From a virus (Duplodnaviria > Heunggongvirae > Uroviricota > Caudoviricetes), in IMG/VR virus record IMGVR_UViG_3300031999_007842, positions 1 to 53,707 of that record: a stretch of DNA of 53,707 nucleotides; one strand, given 5' to 3'. Of this stretch, positions 35,043 to 43,541 are shown piece by piece (the first letter of the stretch is position 1; each line of letters opens with the position of its first letter). Both the position numbers and the translations under genes were made by a program. The notes beneath the pieces were generated by a model that saw only the letters and a program-made list of their open reading frames with translations, was not told the origin of the DNA and searched no databases.

Positions 35043-36482
35043 TTACATCCTCCCTATTTCTCTTAGTCTATTACCTATTTGTTTCTTTCTCTCCTTGTCC
35101 TCAGGTAATCCAGGACCTCTCTTTCTTTCAACTATCTCCCTCATCAAAGCTTCTAAATCAAATGTTGAAGAGGAAGTTATTGGGTTAGCCTTAACAGCTA
35201 ACATGAGAGCATCAACGAAGTCATCATTACGTTTAGAGTCATATACATAATCAAGCATCTGCCCAATCAATCTCTGCTGAGTGAGTGGATCAAACTGTAA
35301 CCTATGTTGCTCAACTAGCATCCGAAGATTAGAGATCATTGTGGCCTTTTCTCCCTTAAATGCAATTGGAGCAACTGGAAGACCTTCAGCAGATAACCGA
35401 AGATTCTCTCCCTTATCAGTTGAGTCAGTATAGATAGTGATAACATTATAGCTTAGACAAGTAGCTTTGATCTTCTTATGTACCTCTTCAAAGTTCTGTG
35501 CCAAGAATGCTTCTGAATAGAGTATTTTCCACTGTTCTCCAAGCTTCTTAACTATGATCAAGACTGTAGGTGCTGGATAGTAACCCCAGTCAACTCCAGC
35601 ATAAACCTCTCCAATCTCTTCCTTAGGCTCTTCATCGATCTCGGGTTTGGGCTTTACTTGACATTCCTTGAGATCTTCCAATCGAAAGACTTTCCCTTCT
35701 CTCTTGTAAGGTAGACCTTGGATCTCTACACAATATTCATTAGCTGGCAACATACGTTTGAGAAGTTCTACTTGATCGTGAGGTAGGAACGATTCTGCGT
35801 TCCAGTTAAAGAACTTCCAATCTGGATAAGGATACTCTATTTGATGTTCCCATTTGTTTTCTATCCAGGAGAATCCTTCCGAAGGCGTTGATGAAAAGAT
35901 CTGTCTAGCAAATGGTGAAGGTGCTGTCATGGGTAATGCTGAATAGATAATATCTTCATCTACCTCAGCAGCCTCATCTATGATTAAGAGATCTGGGTGA
36001 TGTCCTCTAATCGACTTCTCTGAAGCTGGCAACGGTCTAATCCAAGAACCATCCTTGAAGACTATCTCTCGTTGTGTAGGCTCCTTGCCCAGATGCTTCT
36101 GTAAGAAAGGGGAATTATTAATGAAGTCCATAACGTAAGTAAAGCAGATCTTGGCTTGATCTAATGATCCAGCTAGGATTACTACTTTGAAAGGTCTGTT
36201 CTCTGAGATTGACATAACTAGAACATACCACAAAGCAACAACAGCCAGAGCTAAAGTCTTTCCTATTCCTCGCCCAGCGACGATTACGATGTTCTTGCAG
36301 GTCAAGCCTTGCACTTCGAGGAAGAATTCTTTTTGGAAGGGTCTAGGTTCTAAGTTAGTAACATCCTTGAAGAAGAGACTGAGATCCTTTCTCCACAGGA
36401 TAACCTTCATTAGAAGATCAGTCAGATGGAATCCTTTAAAGGAAGGACTATTAGGAATACCGGAACTATTTAGAACTGCCAC
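35043..36482 (-). CDS. terL: Terminase large subunit
   Basis: Walker A AGRGIGKT, Walker B LLIIDEAA, STP motif, nuclease GVDWG and DDFVDAL. Confidence 0.92.
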   Translation of the reverse strand: MAVLNSSGIPNSPSFKGFHLTDLLMKVILWRKDLSLFFKDVTNLEPRPFQKEFFLEVQGLTCKNIVIVAGRGIGKTLALAVVALWYVLVMSISENRPFKVVILAGSLDQAKICFTYVMDFINNSPFLQKHLGKEPTQREIVFKDGSWIRPLPASEKSIRGHHPDLLIIDEAAEVDEDIIYSALPMTAPSPFARQIFSSTPSEGFSWIENKWEHQIEYPYPDWKFFNWNAESFLPHDQVELLKRMLPANEYCVEIQGLPYKREGKVFRLEDLKECQVKPKPEIDEEPKEEIGEVYAGVDWGYYPAPTVLIIVKKLGEQWKILYSEAFLAQNFEEVHKKIKATCLSYNVITIYTDSTDKGENLRLSAEGLPVAPIAFKGEKATMISNLRMLVEQHRLQFDPLTQQRLIGQMLDYVYDSKRNDDFVDALMLAVKANPITSSSTFDLEALMREIVERKRGPGLPEDKERKKQIGNRLREIGRM

Positions 36483-37038
36483 GTTCCTTACTCCTTAGAT
36501 AATCGTCTAGATTGACCTTGAACTTGGAAGTACAAACAGGGCAGAAGTCTTTGGCAAAAGTGTACAGTAACTTGAGAATCTCTGCTTCAGACATTGTAGT
36601 GCCTTCAGTCAATTTACCAGTGAGACGTTCACATGATTCTATGGATTGACGGTGTTCCCTATACAGGTCTGTCAAACCTCTAAGCATTTGGGGTGAGATA
36701 GGTTTTCCCTTGTAGGCATCCAGTGAAACTTGAAGCAAGGTCTTGAGACCATTCAGATTTCCTTTGATTTCCTCAACTATGTTAATGACTTCTTGCCTAG
36801 CTTCTTCGACAACTTCAGTGACTTGACCTTCCTTCTGAACCAGTTCTGCGACTCCTGCTGAATAATGTCTAGCAAAATGACGCTCAAAGGCTTTATATGA
36901 GATCTCTTCACCCAGAACCTTGGCTTGTTCCTCTAAGTCCTGCCAGGTAGGTTTGGGATCTGATGTAAGATAATTCTCTTCATAGATCTTCCTGTTCGAA
37001 GAAGTACAGACTTTACAACGAGGTTCAAATGCTACCAA
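36466..37038 (-). CDS. Putative terminase small subunit
   Basis: Directly upstream of terL; CKVC..HFARH Zn/HTH-like N-terminus, coiled coil, CPVC. Confidence 0.65.
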   Translation of the reverse strand: MVAFEPRCKVCTSSNRKIYEENYLTSDPKPTWQDLEEQAKVLGEEISYKAFERHFARHYSAGVAELVQKEGQVTEVVEEARQEVINIVEEIKGNLNGLKTLLQVSLDAYKGKPISPQMLRGLTDLYREHRQSIESCERLTGKLTEGTTMSEAEILKLLYTFAKDFCPVCTSKFKVNLDDYLRSKERGSSK

Positions 37039-37074
37039 AGCTTCTGCCCCAATACCAAGTATAGTCCATTCCCC

Positions 37075-37083
37075 TATTTAAAG
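37075..37083 (-). promoter_or_regulatory. Archaeal TATA box of the late operon
   Basis: CTTTAAATA; the same motif lies upstream of late genes at 2813-2821, 3989-3997, 6858-6867, 10958-10966, 20119-20127, 29954-29962. Confidence 0.65.
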
Positions 37084-37107
37084 TGTCCTGTTGTGTCCAC
37101 AAGTGTC
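37083..37107. repeat. Three GTGTC direct repeats at exact 10-bp spacing
   Basis: Starts at 37083, 37093, 37103, abutting the TATA box. Confidence 0.8.
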
Positions 37108-37266
37108 TGAGTAAAGGTCGGTAACTTCCAGTAAGATTCAAGTTAATTCAATTACGAGTTTGCTTCAGAGGTCCATCGAGATCAATATAACTTCATTAAT
37201 AAGGTTTACGTTACTATTCACAAGGCTTAAGTATTTGTCAGGACATGAGATTATTGGTGAAACTAA

Positions 37267-37503
37267 ATGCCAGGAACTCCAAGACAAACATTCAGAATAA
37301 GTGACTCTGTGTGGGTAGCTTTCCAGAAGAAGTGTGCTGCTAAGGGATATACGGCTTCTGATGTATTGAGAGCATTCATCATGGAGATAGTCAAAGGAAC
37401 TATAAGTCCCGACTCTGTACATCCATCTAGGGCCAAAAGAGGAGAAACCTTGGTCAATGATGACATGATACTCGACTGGCTCAAGACCAATTCCCATAAG
37501 TAG
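37267..37503 (+). CDS. Ribbon-helix-helix (CopG/Arc-like) regulator
   Basis: RQTFRISDSVWVAFQKKCAAKGYTASDVLRAFI; GGTGA SD; first gene of the divergent region. Confidence 0.75.
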   Translation: MPGTPRQTFRISDSVWVAFQKKCAAKGYTASDVLRAFIMEIVKGTISPDSVHPSRAKRGETLVNDDMILDWLKTNSHK

Positions 37504-37717
37504 GACACTTGTATTTCAACACTCTCCTACTATAGTACAATCACATCCATGTTTCCAGAGATTTCTGGATCTTTCTTCGAACCTTCTACACCCCACCCAA
37601 GGGCTTTTCCCATGCTTCGAAGTGTGGTCGAAGTGGGCAGACCTTCCAGCCAGATCAAACTATTAGTAATGCCTATATACCCTGCTACCATAGGGGTTGT
37701 AAGGAGGAAAAAATACC

Positions 37718-38089
37718 ATGCCATATGTCTATGACAACGTAAACGGACAATACTATGATGAAATGTGCCGAAGGTTGAACCGAGAGCATAACCTAGTGAT
37801 TCATGCTAGAACTAAAGAGATAATTGTCGGTTGCACTAGCGATGTGAAACTGAAAGTTCAACATACAAAACATCTGGGCGGTTTCCCAACAGTAGCCTAC
37901 CACCGTTCAACCAATAGTGTGCAAGCAAACGGTAAATTCATAGTTCAACCGAGAAGTTCACCTGAAGGTGTAAGCCCAATGGCAACCGAGTGGTTGAACT
38001 ATAAGTTAAAGGGCGAGTTAGTCCTAAAGGCTACCTCACAATACAAGACCGTATGGAACACAAAAGGACAACGGAGAAGTAAAGCATAA
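37718..38089 (+). CDS. Hypothetical protein carrying five of the repeat motifs
   Basis: AGGAGG SD upstream; 123 aa with no recognisable domain. Confidence 0.4.
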   Translation: MPYVYDNVNGQYYDEMCRRLNREHNLVIHARTKEIIVGCTSDVKLKVQHTKHLGGFPTVAYHRSTNSVQANGKFIVQPRSSPEGVSPMATEWLNYKLKGELVLKATSQYKTVWNTKGQRRSKA

Positions 38090-38369
38090 GGTGAACTGAC
38101 TATGAAACGACAAAACAAACAAGACTTTAAACTGATAGTAAAAGTCTTGATTCAAACAGAAGGACACCCAACAGTTAAACGAGTAATTCCACTATCGGCG
38201 GTAACTCTCAGAATACCACTAGAGTAAATAAGAAATTGAACCAGCACTTTAAGAGCTGAGTAAACGAGCAGTTGAACCAGAAAGCAGGCGAGGTTCAACC
38301 AATGGTTCAACGGGCAACCTAGAAAGTTGAACCAACAGTTAGACCGATGAGATAACTTATCGGTTGAAC
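37773..38369. repeat. Array of ten palindromic GTT(G/C)AAC sites (iteron/operator-like)
   Basis: Exact copies start at 37774, 37856, 37905, 37943, 37993, 38271, 38293, 38305, 38326, 38363; several extend to GGTT(G/C)AACC. Confidence 0.85.
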
Positions 38370-38444
38370 TAAGAAGGAAACTCAAAATTACACTATATGG
38401 ATAACGTTCCGTTCCTAGTCAGAATGTAAGTGGAGGTGAAAGCT

Positions 38445-38657
38445 ATGAGGTATGAGATAAGTTGCCCAAAATGTAGATGTGGAATAGTGCAGACCTACAA
38501 GAAAGTGAACCTAGTGCAGACAATGGTGATAACCCAATGTATGAATAGAAAGTGCAACTACCGAGTAGCACACCTGATTCCAACAGATATGATACGCAAC
38601 GAAGAACCCACAATTGCAACGAAGCTAGACTACTATGGTTGTGTGATAGCAACATAG
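38445..38657 (+). CDS. Small Zn-ribbon protein
   Basis: CPKCRC..CMNRKC; GGAGGTGA SD at 38432-38439. Confidence 0.6.
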   Translation: MRYEISCPKCRCGIVQTYKKVNLVQTMVITQCMNRKCNYRVAHLIPTDMIRNEEPTIATKLDYYGCVIAT

Positions 38658-38719
38658 ATGACCACAACCTACCACCACGGAATAACACTTATAAGTCAGC
38701 ATGTGGTAAGGATAGATAA

Positions 38720-39745
38720 CCGAATAAAGCATGTCATGACGGTAGCAAGAGGTTAGGGTAGGTGGCAAGTGATTAAGTTCACTCACCTATACCACCCATC
38801 ACAGTCATAACGAATATGACAAGCAAGACAACATAGCAAGAGTATTTGACTCTACTATGAAGTCAGAAGGAGTAGCAATACTCCTTTCCACTTACCAATA
38901 TCACAACATCACAAATCCTAGTAACATCAGCGTATGTTACGCAGTGCCGTGAGTCTTACGGACTTATGGCAGTGCGAGAGTCATAAGGGAATGAAGCCTT
39001 ATAAGTTCCCTTTTGGCGATGAAGCCTATAGGATTTAGGAGACCGTAATTGGAGAGAGGTCTCTCTAGCCTATGAACCAATTGAACTCTACGTCGTAGAG
39101 CTAGATTAAGATGATGCCTAGGTCTCCAAAAGATAAGGTCGTATCAGACCTAAGTAAACCTAGGATATTCATCGGGTGAGGTGAGAAGCAACTCTCATGG
39201 TCTGTTGACCTCAACGGCAAAAGGACGCAAGTCTGGGGAGAAATCCCAACCCATGAGGTGAACCGTAAGAATTCCCTCATATGGTAGAGTGCTGCAGTCT
39301 AAGCAAGGTAGCACCTACACGATATACCAGCCATGAGATAAATCCTTCTCGACTAAGTCTATAGGTGAAACAGCATAAATGTGCCTCGACATAAGGATTA
39401 GGGGTCTACGACTACCGCACACAAATTGCTCCTGCTGAACGACAGTGCTGAGGGAAACCTCAGAGGCTTACTAAAGCGGGAGACAACGTGTACACGAATA
39501 CATCGAGCCATATTAGATGGCGATGGGGTTCAGTATCACGACACATTGTTCTCTATTCCAGACCCGAAAACAAATGTGAACAGACAACCACGTCCCCTTA
39601 GAGGGAATGAAGGATTAGACCAATGTGCCCTTTTTTCTAAAGCCATCACAGGCAACTTGTCTGAGAGTCCTAGACAAGCCTCGTTAACTAAGCACTCAAT
39701 AACGAGTGGTGTGATCAATGTAAGGGTTGAGGTTGTGATGGAGGC
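38720..39745 (+). ncRNA. Candidate large structured ncRNA (~0.9-1.0 kb), family unassigned
   Basis: No ORF of 60 aa or more across 38689-39425; about 20 helices found by eye, several GNRA loops, nested long-range pairings; TATA-like CTTATAAG at 38688-38695; boundaries approximate. Confidence 0.65.
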
Positions 39746-39776
39746 ATGATGATTCTCAAGTGAAAGGAGATAGGAT

Positions 39777-39956
39777 ATGAAGGTAACAGTACGGGCATAC
39801 CAGATAGCCCGAAGAGCATTCCATCCCATCATCAGACGTACACCAAGATTCGTGCATCACTTCTTTGATATCCCATGTGAGAAGTGTAAGGATGTTCACA
39901 AGCACGACATTAAGATGGGAAATATCTACATCATCAAAAGGAACATGAGGAGGTGA
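39777..39956 (+). CDS. 59-aa CxxC protein absent from the ORF track
   Basis: AGGAG SD; MKVTVRAY..CEKC..H. Confidence 0.5.
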   Translation: MKVTVRAYQIARRAFHPIIRRTPRFVHHFFDIPCEKCKDVHKHDIKMGNIYIIKRNMRR

Positions 39957-39960
39957 GCTG

Positions 39961-40080
39961 ATGGAACAAGTAGCAGAGATCACAATCGACTCAGCACAGA
40001 TCATTATCTACCGTGACGCTAATGGTCGCATAGTTCTCGGTGGACACGGATGGATAGAGTATTATGAGGCAGAGGCGTAA
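39961..40080 (+). CDS. 39-aa hypothetical protein
   Basis: Perfect GGAGGTGA SD; MEQVAEITIDSAQIIIYRDANGRIVLGG. Confidence 0.5.
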   Translation: MEQVAEITIDSAQIIIYRDANGRIVLGGHGWIEYYEAEA

Positions 40081-40081
40081 G

Positions 40082-40250
40082 CCTACCACGTAACACGACT
40101 GAAAGCCCTAGAAGTTTTACCTAATGTTACCCATAGTCTTAGGACGAGGGAACGATAGGTTGTGGTAGGAGGCAACATCCTAGTAGCAAACGAGAAGGCT
40201 TCGATACATGGAAGAGGCAAGAGGTTCTCCTTTCCTCTTGTTCCCTTCCT
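40082..40250 (+). ncRNA. Candidate structured cis-element (possible pseudoknot plus hairpin)
   Basis: Helices 40082-89/40162-69, 40090-95/40125-30, 40218-24/40234-40. Confidence 0.35.
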
Positions 40251-40273
40251 TTCCAATAGTAGGAGACTATATT

Positions 40274-40402
40274 ATGAAGTGTAGAGAGTGTCAAAGTTTT
40301 GATCGAGGAAAAGGTTGCAAGACTGGCCTATGTAAGTGGGCTCTCTACATTAACAGTCAACTTCTCATGACTGATCCAGAGGATGAATGTCATTTCCATT
40401 GA
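40274..40402 (+). CDS. Small Cys-rich protein
   Basis: MKCREC..GC..LC..EC; AGGAG SD. Confidence 0.45.
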   Translation: MKCRECQSFDRGKGCKTGLCKWALYINSQLLMTDPEDECHFH

Positions 40403-40407
40403 GGTGA

Positions 40408-40644
40408 ATGAACATGATAGTCTATAGGATAGAGATTCTTGTCAGAGAAGCCTTTGTCACGATAGGATATGTGAGACGTGACTACTACTCTAACAGAGCC
40501 GCAATAGAGATGGCAGAGACTATCCCTGAGTTATGGCAACAGACTATCAACCACGGCATCAACACTCACTTAGTCACATGGAATGATGCTCACGAGAACG
40601 GTGATTCAATAACATCATGGACATGGAGGATTCATAGATGGTGA
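40408..40644 (+). CDS. Hypothetical protein
   Basis: GAGGTGA SD; coupled to the next gene. Confidence 0.5.
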   Translation: MNMIVYRIEILVREAFVTIGYVRRDYYSNRAAIEMAETIPELWQQTINHGINTHLVTWNDAHENGDSITSWTWRIHRW

Positions 40645-41159
40645 CGCTAGATAACTTCCTTAGGAACCTCACACGAGAGAACTTGGAACAAGCAAGTACT
40701 TGGGTACTTCTCAAGGTTGAAGACTACACCTTGAACATACATCTTGATCCACATAGAGAAAATCGTCGATCTATGATCTATAATGGTCTCAGAATCTCTA
40801 CCATTGAACTAGGAACACTAGGATCACAGCAAGAAATAATCTATTCCTTGATGCATGAGATAGGCCACTTCCTAAGTAACCAGACTCTCTCCTTCGAGGA
40901 AGCGCTGGAATTGAAACATTACATTGGCCTTGCTGCGAGTGGCACCGTCAAATCTTATATCCTTGAGAGAGAAGTGTTGGCTTGGGAAGCTGGTTATGAA
41001 TATTTCATCTCTCATGGTATTCCTGTCCCTAAGGGTTACTCTCGAACAATGATCAGGTCCCTGTCAACCTATGTTCTAGACACTGAAGAGAAAGAGTATT
41101 GGATTAACACAATCGGAAGGAGAGTAGCCATCATAGCATTCAAGGAGGAAAGACAATGA
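40638..41159 (+). CDS. HEXXH zinc metallopeptidase-like protein (ImmA/IrrE-like)
   Basis: LMHEIGHF and REVLAW third-ligand motif. Confidence 0.65.
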   Translation: MVTLDNFLRNLTRENLEQASTWVLLKVEDYTLNIHLDPHRENRRSMIYNGLRISTIELGTLGSQQEIIYSLMHEIGHFLSNQTLSFEEALELKHYIGLAASGTVKSYILEREVLAWEAGYEYFISHGIPVPKGYSRTMIRSLSTYVLDTEEKEYWINTIGRRVAIIAFKEERQ

Positions 41160-41698
41160 AAACTCCAATAGTAGCTGTGAGAATATCTGACCTAGCACGA
41201 GCATGGGTAGGATGGGGAACACTAGACAAGAGACCATATGTTCCACATACTGGTCCAGCAGAGACGATCCATGAGACTAGGAAGTACGAGATAGCATCTA
41301 CCCCTCAGTCAATTAGCCTACTTAAGGAGCTAGACAAATTCTTCTCGCGGTTCACAGGGAACATACTAGTCAAGGGAGTATTTGATGGTCTACGAGTGAT
41401 ACATGATGCAAGACTCTCAAGAGAAGTAGTCTCTCTTGTGGAGTTCAAGACAGTAGAGCAGCAAGCAAGTTGGACAACTATCGACATGGCAACATTCCAG
41501 CTTCAGCTATACATCTGGTTACTCAAGCCTTGTATAGCAAGGAAGGGATTGATATTGCACAAGAGGCACTATGTCGAGATAGTCAGAAGGACTGATGGCA
41601 AGTTCCTCGAGAGATTCCCAGTTGAAGAAGATCCTGACATTGAGGAGAAGATATGGCTCCTTCTAGCAGAACATGATGGGATCATAGTGAAGACTTGA
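41156..41698 (+). CDS. PD-(D/E)xK nuclease (Cas4/RecB-like, no Fe-S cysteines)
   Basis: KGVFDG..LVEFKT..QLQLY motifs. Confidence 0.7.
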   Translation: MKTPIVAVRISDLARAWVGWGTLDKRPYVPHTGPAETIHETRKYEIASTPQSISLLKELDKFFSRFTGNILVKGVFDGLRVIHDARLSREVVSLVEFKTVEQQASWTTIDMATFQLQLYIWLLKPCIARKGLILHKRHYVEIVRRTDGKFLERFPVEEDPDIEEKIWLLLAEHDGIIVKT

Positions 41699-41711
41699 AG
41701 GTGGGAGAAAT

Positions 41712-42349
41712 ATGAAGAGGAAGAAACGTCTCGATCCGATTGAAGTACTACATGAATCAATGAAGGAAAACAAGGAAGTGCTAGAAGCATTAGGAACAAA
41801 AAGAAGAATGAAAGCTAAACTCAAAACCACTGTCTTCTGCCCCAAGGTGCTCCTTCAGTCTTACCTAGATAGAGGATATGCTGTGGTGGAAGTGTTCACT
41901 GCGACTCGTGCAAGGTTCTCCGATGGGAAACCAGCTGAGTGGTATACACTCAAACAGAAGGTGGGAGAATGAAGTTCGGTACAGTCCTCTGTAACATAGA
42001 AGGCTTCCGGAAAGTTCTCTTCTATACTGATCGATTGCCAATCAACCTTTCTCATTTCCTCTTTTTCTTGACTGTGAAGAAAGTCCCTAGTTTTAATGTA
42101 GGGTTACTTGATGGCTTGGTCGTAGTAGCAAAAGATATAATCTTTGGGTTACTCTCTGGGATACCGAAATGCTGTGTGCTTGCCTTTGTAATGGATCAAG
42201 TTGATAAAGAGAGAACACCCTTCTGGGTACAATACTTCCCATGCAGGAAGTGTATTTCCAAGGGAAAGTATGCACACAGACCTTTCCCAAATTATATATC
42301 ATGCTCACCTGTTCACATAGATAATGATGAACAGTCTGAGGAGGTGTAA
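41712..42349 (+). other. Two coupled hypothetical ORFs (41712..41972, 41969..42349)
   Basis: GGGAG SDs and ATGA overlap. Confidence 0.5.
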
Positions 42350-42351
42350 CG

Positions 42352-42528
42352 ATGGAATGTCCAAAGTGTGGATACGCCAGAGCAGCCTATGTGGAATCAC
42401 GTAGAAGGTTCTGGAGTGGCAAGAAGGGCTTTACTGAGCCGAGTAAGGAGGCCAGAAAGAACTTCCATGCCAAGTGTAAGAAATGTGGATGGGAGGGTGA
42501 GATAGGTAATGAAACCACAAACACGTAG
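42352..42528 (+). CDS. 58-aa Zn-ribbon protein (TFS/RpoM C-terminal-like), absent from the ORF track
   Basis: GAGGAGGTG SD; MECPKCGYARAAY..KCKKCGWEG. Confidence 0.55.
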   Translation: MECPKCGYARAAYVESRRRFWSGKKGFTEPSKEARKNFHAKCKKCGWEGEIGNETTNT

Positions 42529-43458
42529 ATGTTCCAAGTGTGGAGAACTTCTGATCCAGACTGAGACCAAGTGGGTACATATCCTAAACAAGTTCGGCTG
42601 CCGCAATGAACCAGAGAGATTCATCAGGAAAGAGGATGCACCGTTATTCCTGAATGTGAAGGCTGACAAGGAAACAAAGAAGTTCCTTGAAGACATTATG
42701 CAAGAGACCCCTGCACCACTACCTCCAAGACGTTCATGGTACTTCGGTGGTCCAGACTTCAACTTAGTCTTCGTAAGGACTGAAGGCAAGAGATTCTTGG
42801 ATGTCTACAACAAAGATGAATGGGCTAAGATACTAGCCAAAGAGATCAAAGGTGACAAGGAATGATCTTCCACTTCGTGTGCCCTCGTTGCCATCAAGAA
42901 CATGCTATCCTAGACAAGGGTGTCTTTCTATCGCTAACTACTGAGAGGTCTGTTTCGTTTGAGTGCCCCTTCACTCACGAGACTCTACTGTTGTACTTCA
43001 CGTTGAAGATTGAACTCCAAAAGGAATACAGTCCTGAGGATCTGAGGGCAGCTGAGGAACAAGCTTCCTTGACAAACCATCAGTGGGAAATGGAAGAGGG
43101 TTCACTTGACAACAAAAATACTGGTAAGTGAGAACTCTGGATGGAAGATAGAACTGGTTATGGGAACTCATCCTTATCCAGTCCTATCCTACAACGATGA
43201 GCCGTACAGCATACTCTTCAACAGGAACATACCCATTGAAGTACAAGAGAAGTTCTGGAGGACAATCAAGGAGCACAATATATTCCTTGAAGCTGAAGTG
43301 GAGGAATGTGAATGACAGACTATGAAATCAAGTTCCCAGCATTTGCAATGCGCTTCAAAGCTAAGGACAAGAAAGATGCACTCAAGAAAGCTAAGCAAAA
43401 TATGAAGGCTCTCATGGATGCTTTCCTCATGAATCCTAAGTACTGGAAGGAGATATAA
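42509..43458 (+). other. Four coupled small ORFs (42509..42865, 42862..43131, 43106..43315, 43312..43458)
   Basis: ATGA-type overlaps; CxxC motifs in the first two. Confidence 0.55.
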
Positions 43459-43541
43459 GATGGCAATTAAAAGACCACAGAAATGCAAGAACGTTGAAGG
43501 ATGTTCAGGACTCTGTGAAGTATGTGCAATCTATCTGAGGG

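Noticed and set aside
37773-38369. CRISPR or mini-CRISPR array
   Set aside because: The repeats are only 7-9 bp with irregular spacing and mixed orientation; no 24-47-bp repeats.
39200-39540. Group I or group II intron identity for the large RNA (CTACGACTAC R-like, CTGCAG Q-like, GAGCC..GGTTC DV-like bits)
   Set aside because: No canonical S element (AAGATATAGTC), no correctly formed domain V/VI, and no interrupted gene flanking it; cmscan would be decisive.
39426-39832. ORFs 39426..39749 (+) and 39536..39832 (-) in the candidate ncRNA
   Set aside because: TTG or antisense starts, no SD, no recognisable motifs; they overlap strong helices. Not fully excluded without expression data.
40095-40215. 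Resemblance of the 40082 element to the c-di-AMP riboswitch, pistol or twister ribozymes
   Set aside because: Only short motifs match (CTGAA, GAGGGAAC, AAGCCCTA, TAACAC); the required partner strands and order are missing.
37039-40400. tRNA genes in the intergenic regions
   Set aside because: No GGTTCRANTCC T-arm with a cloverleaf found by eye; tRNAscan-SE in archaeal mode was not run.
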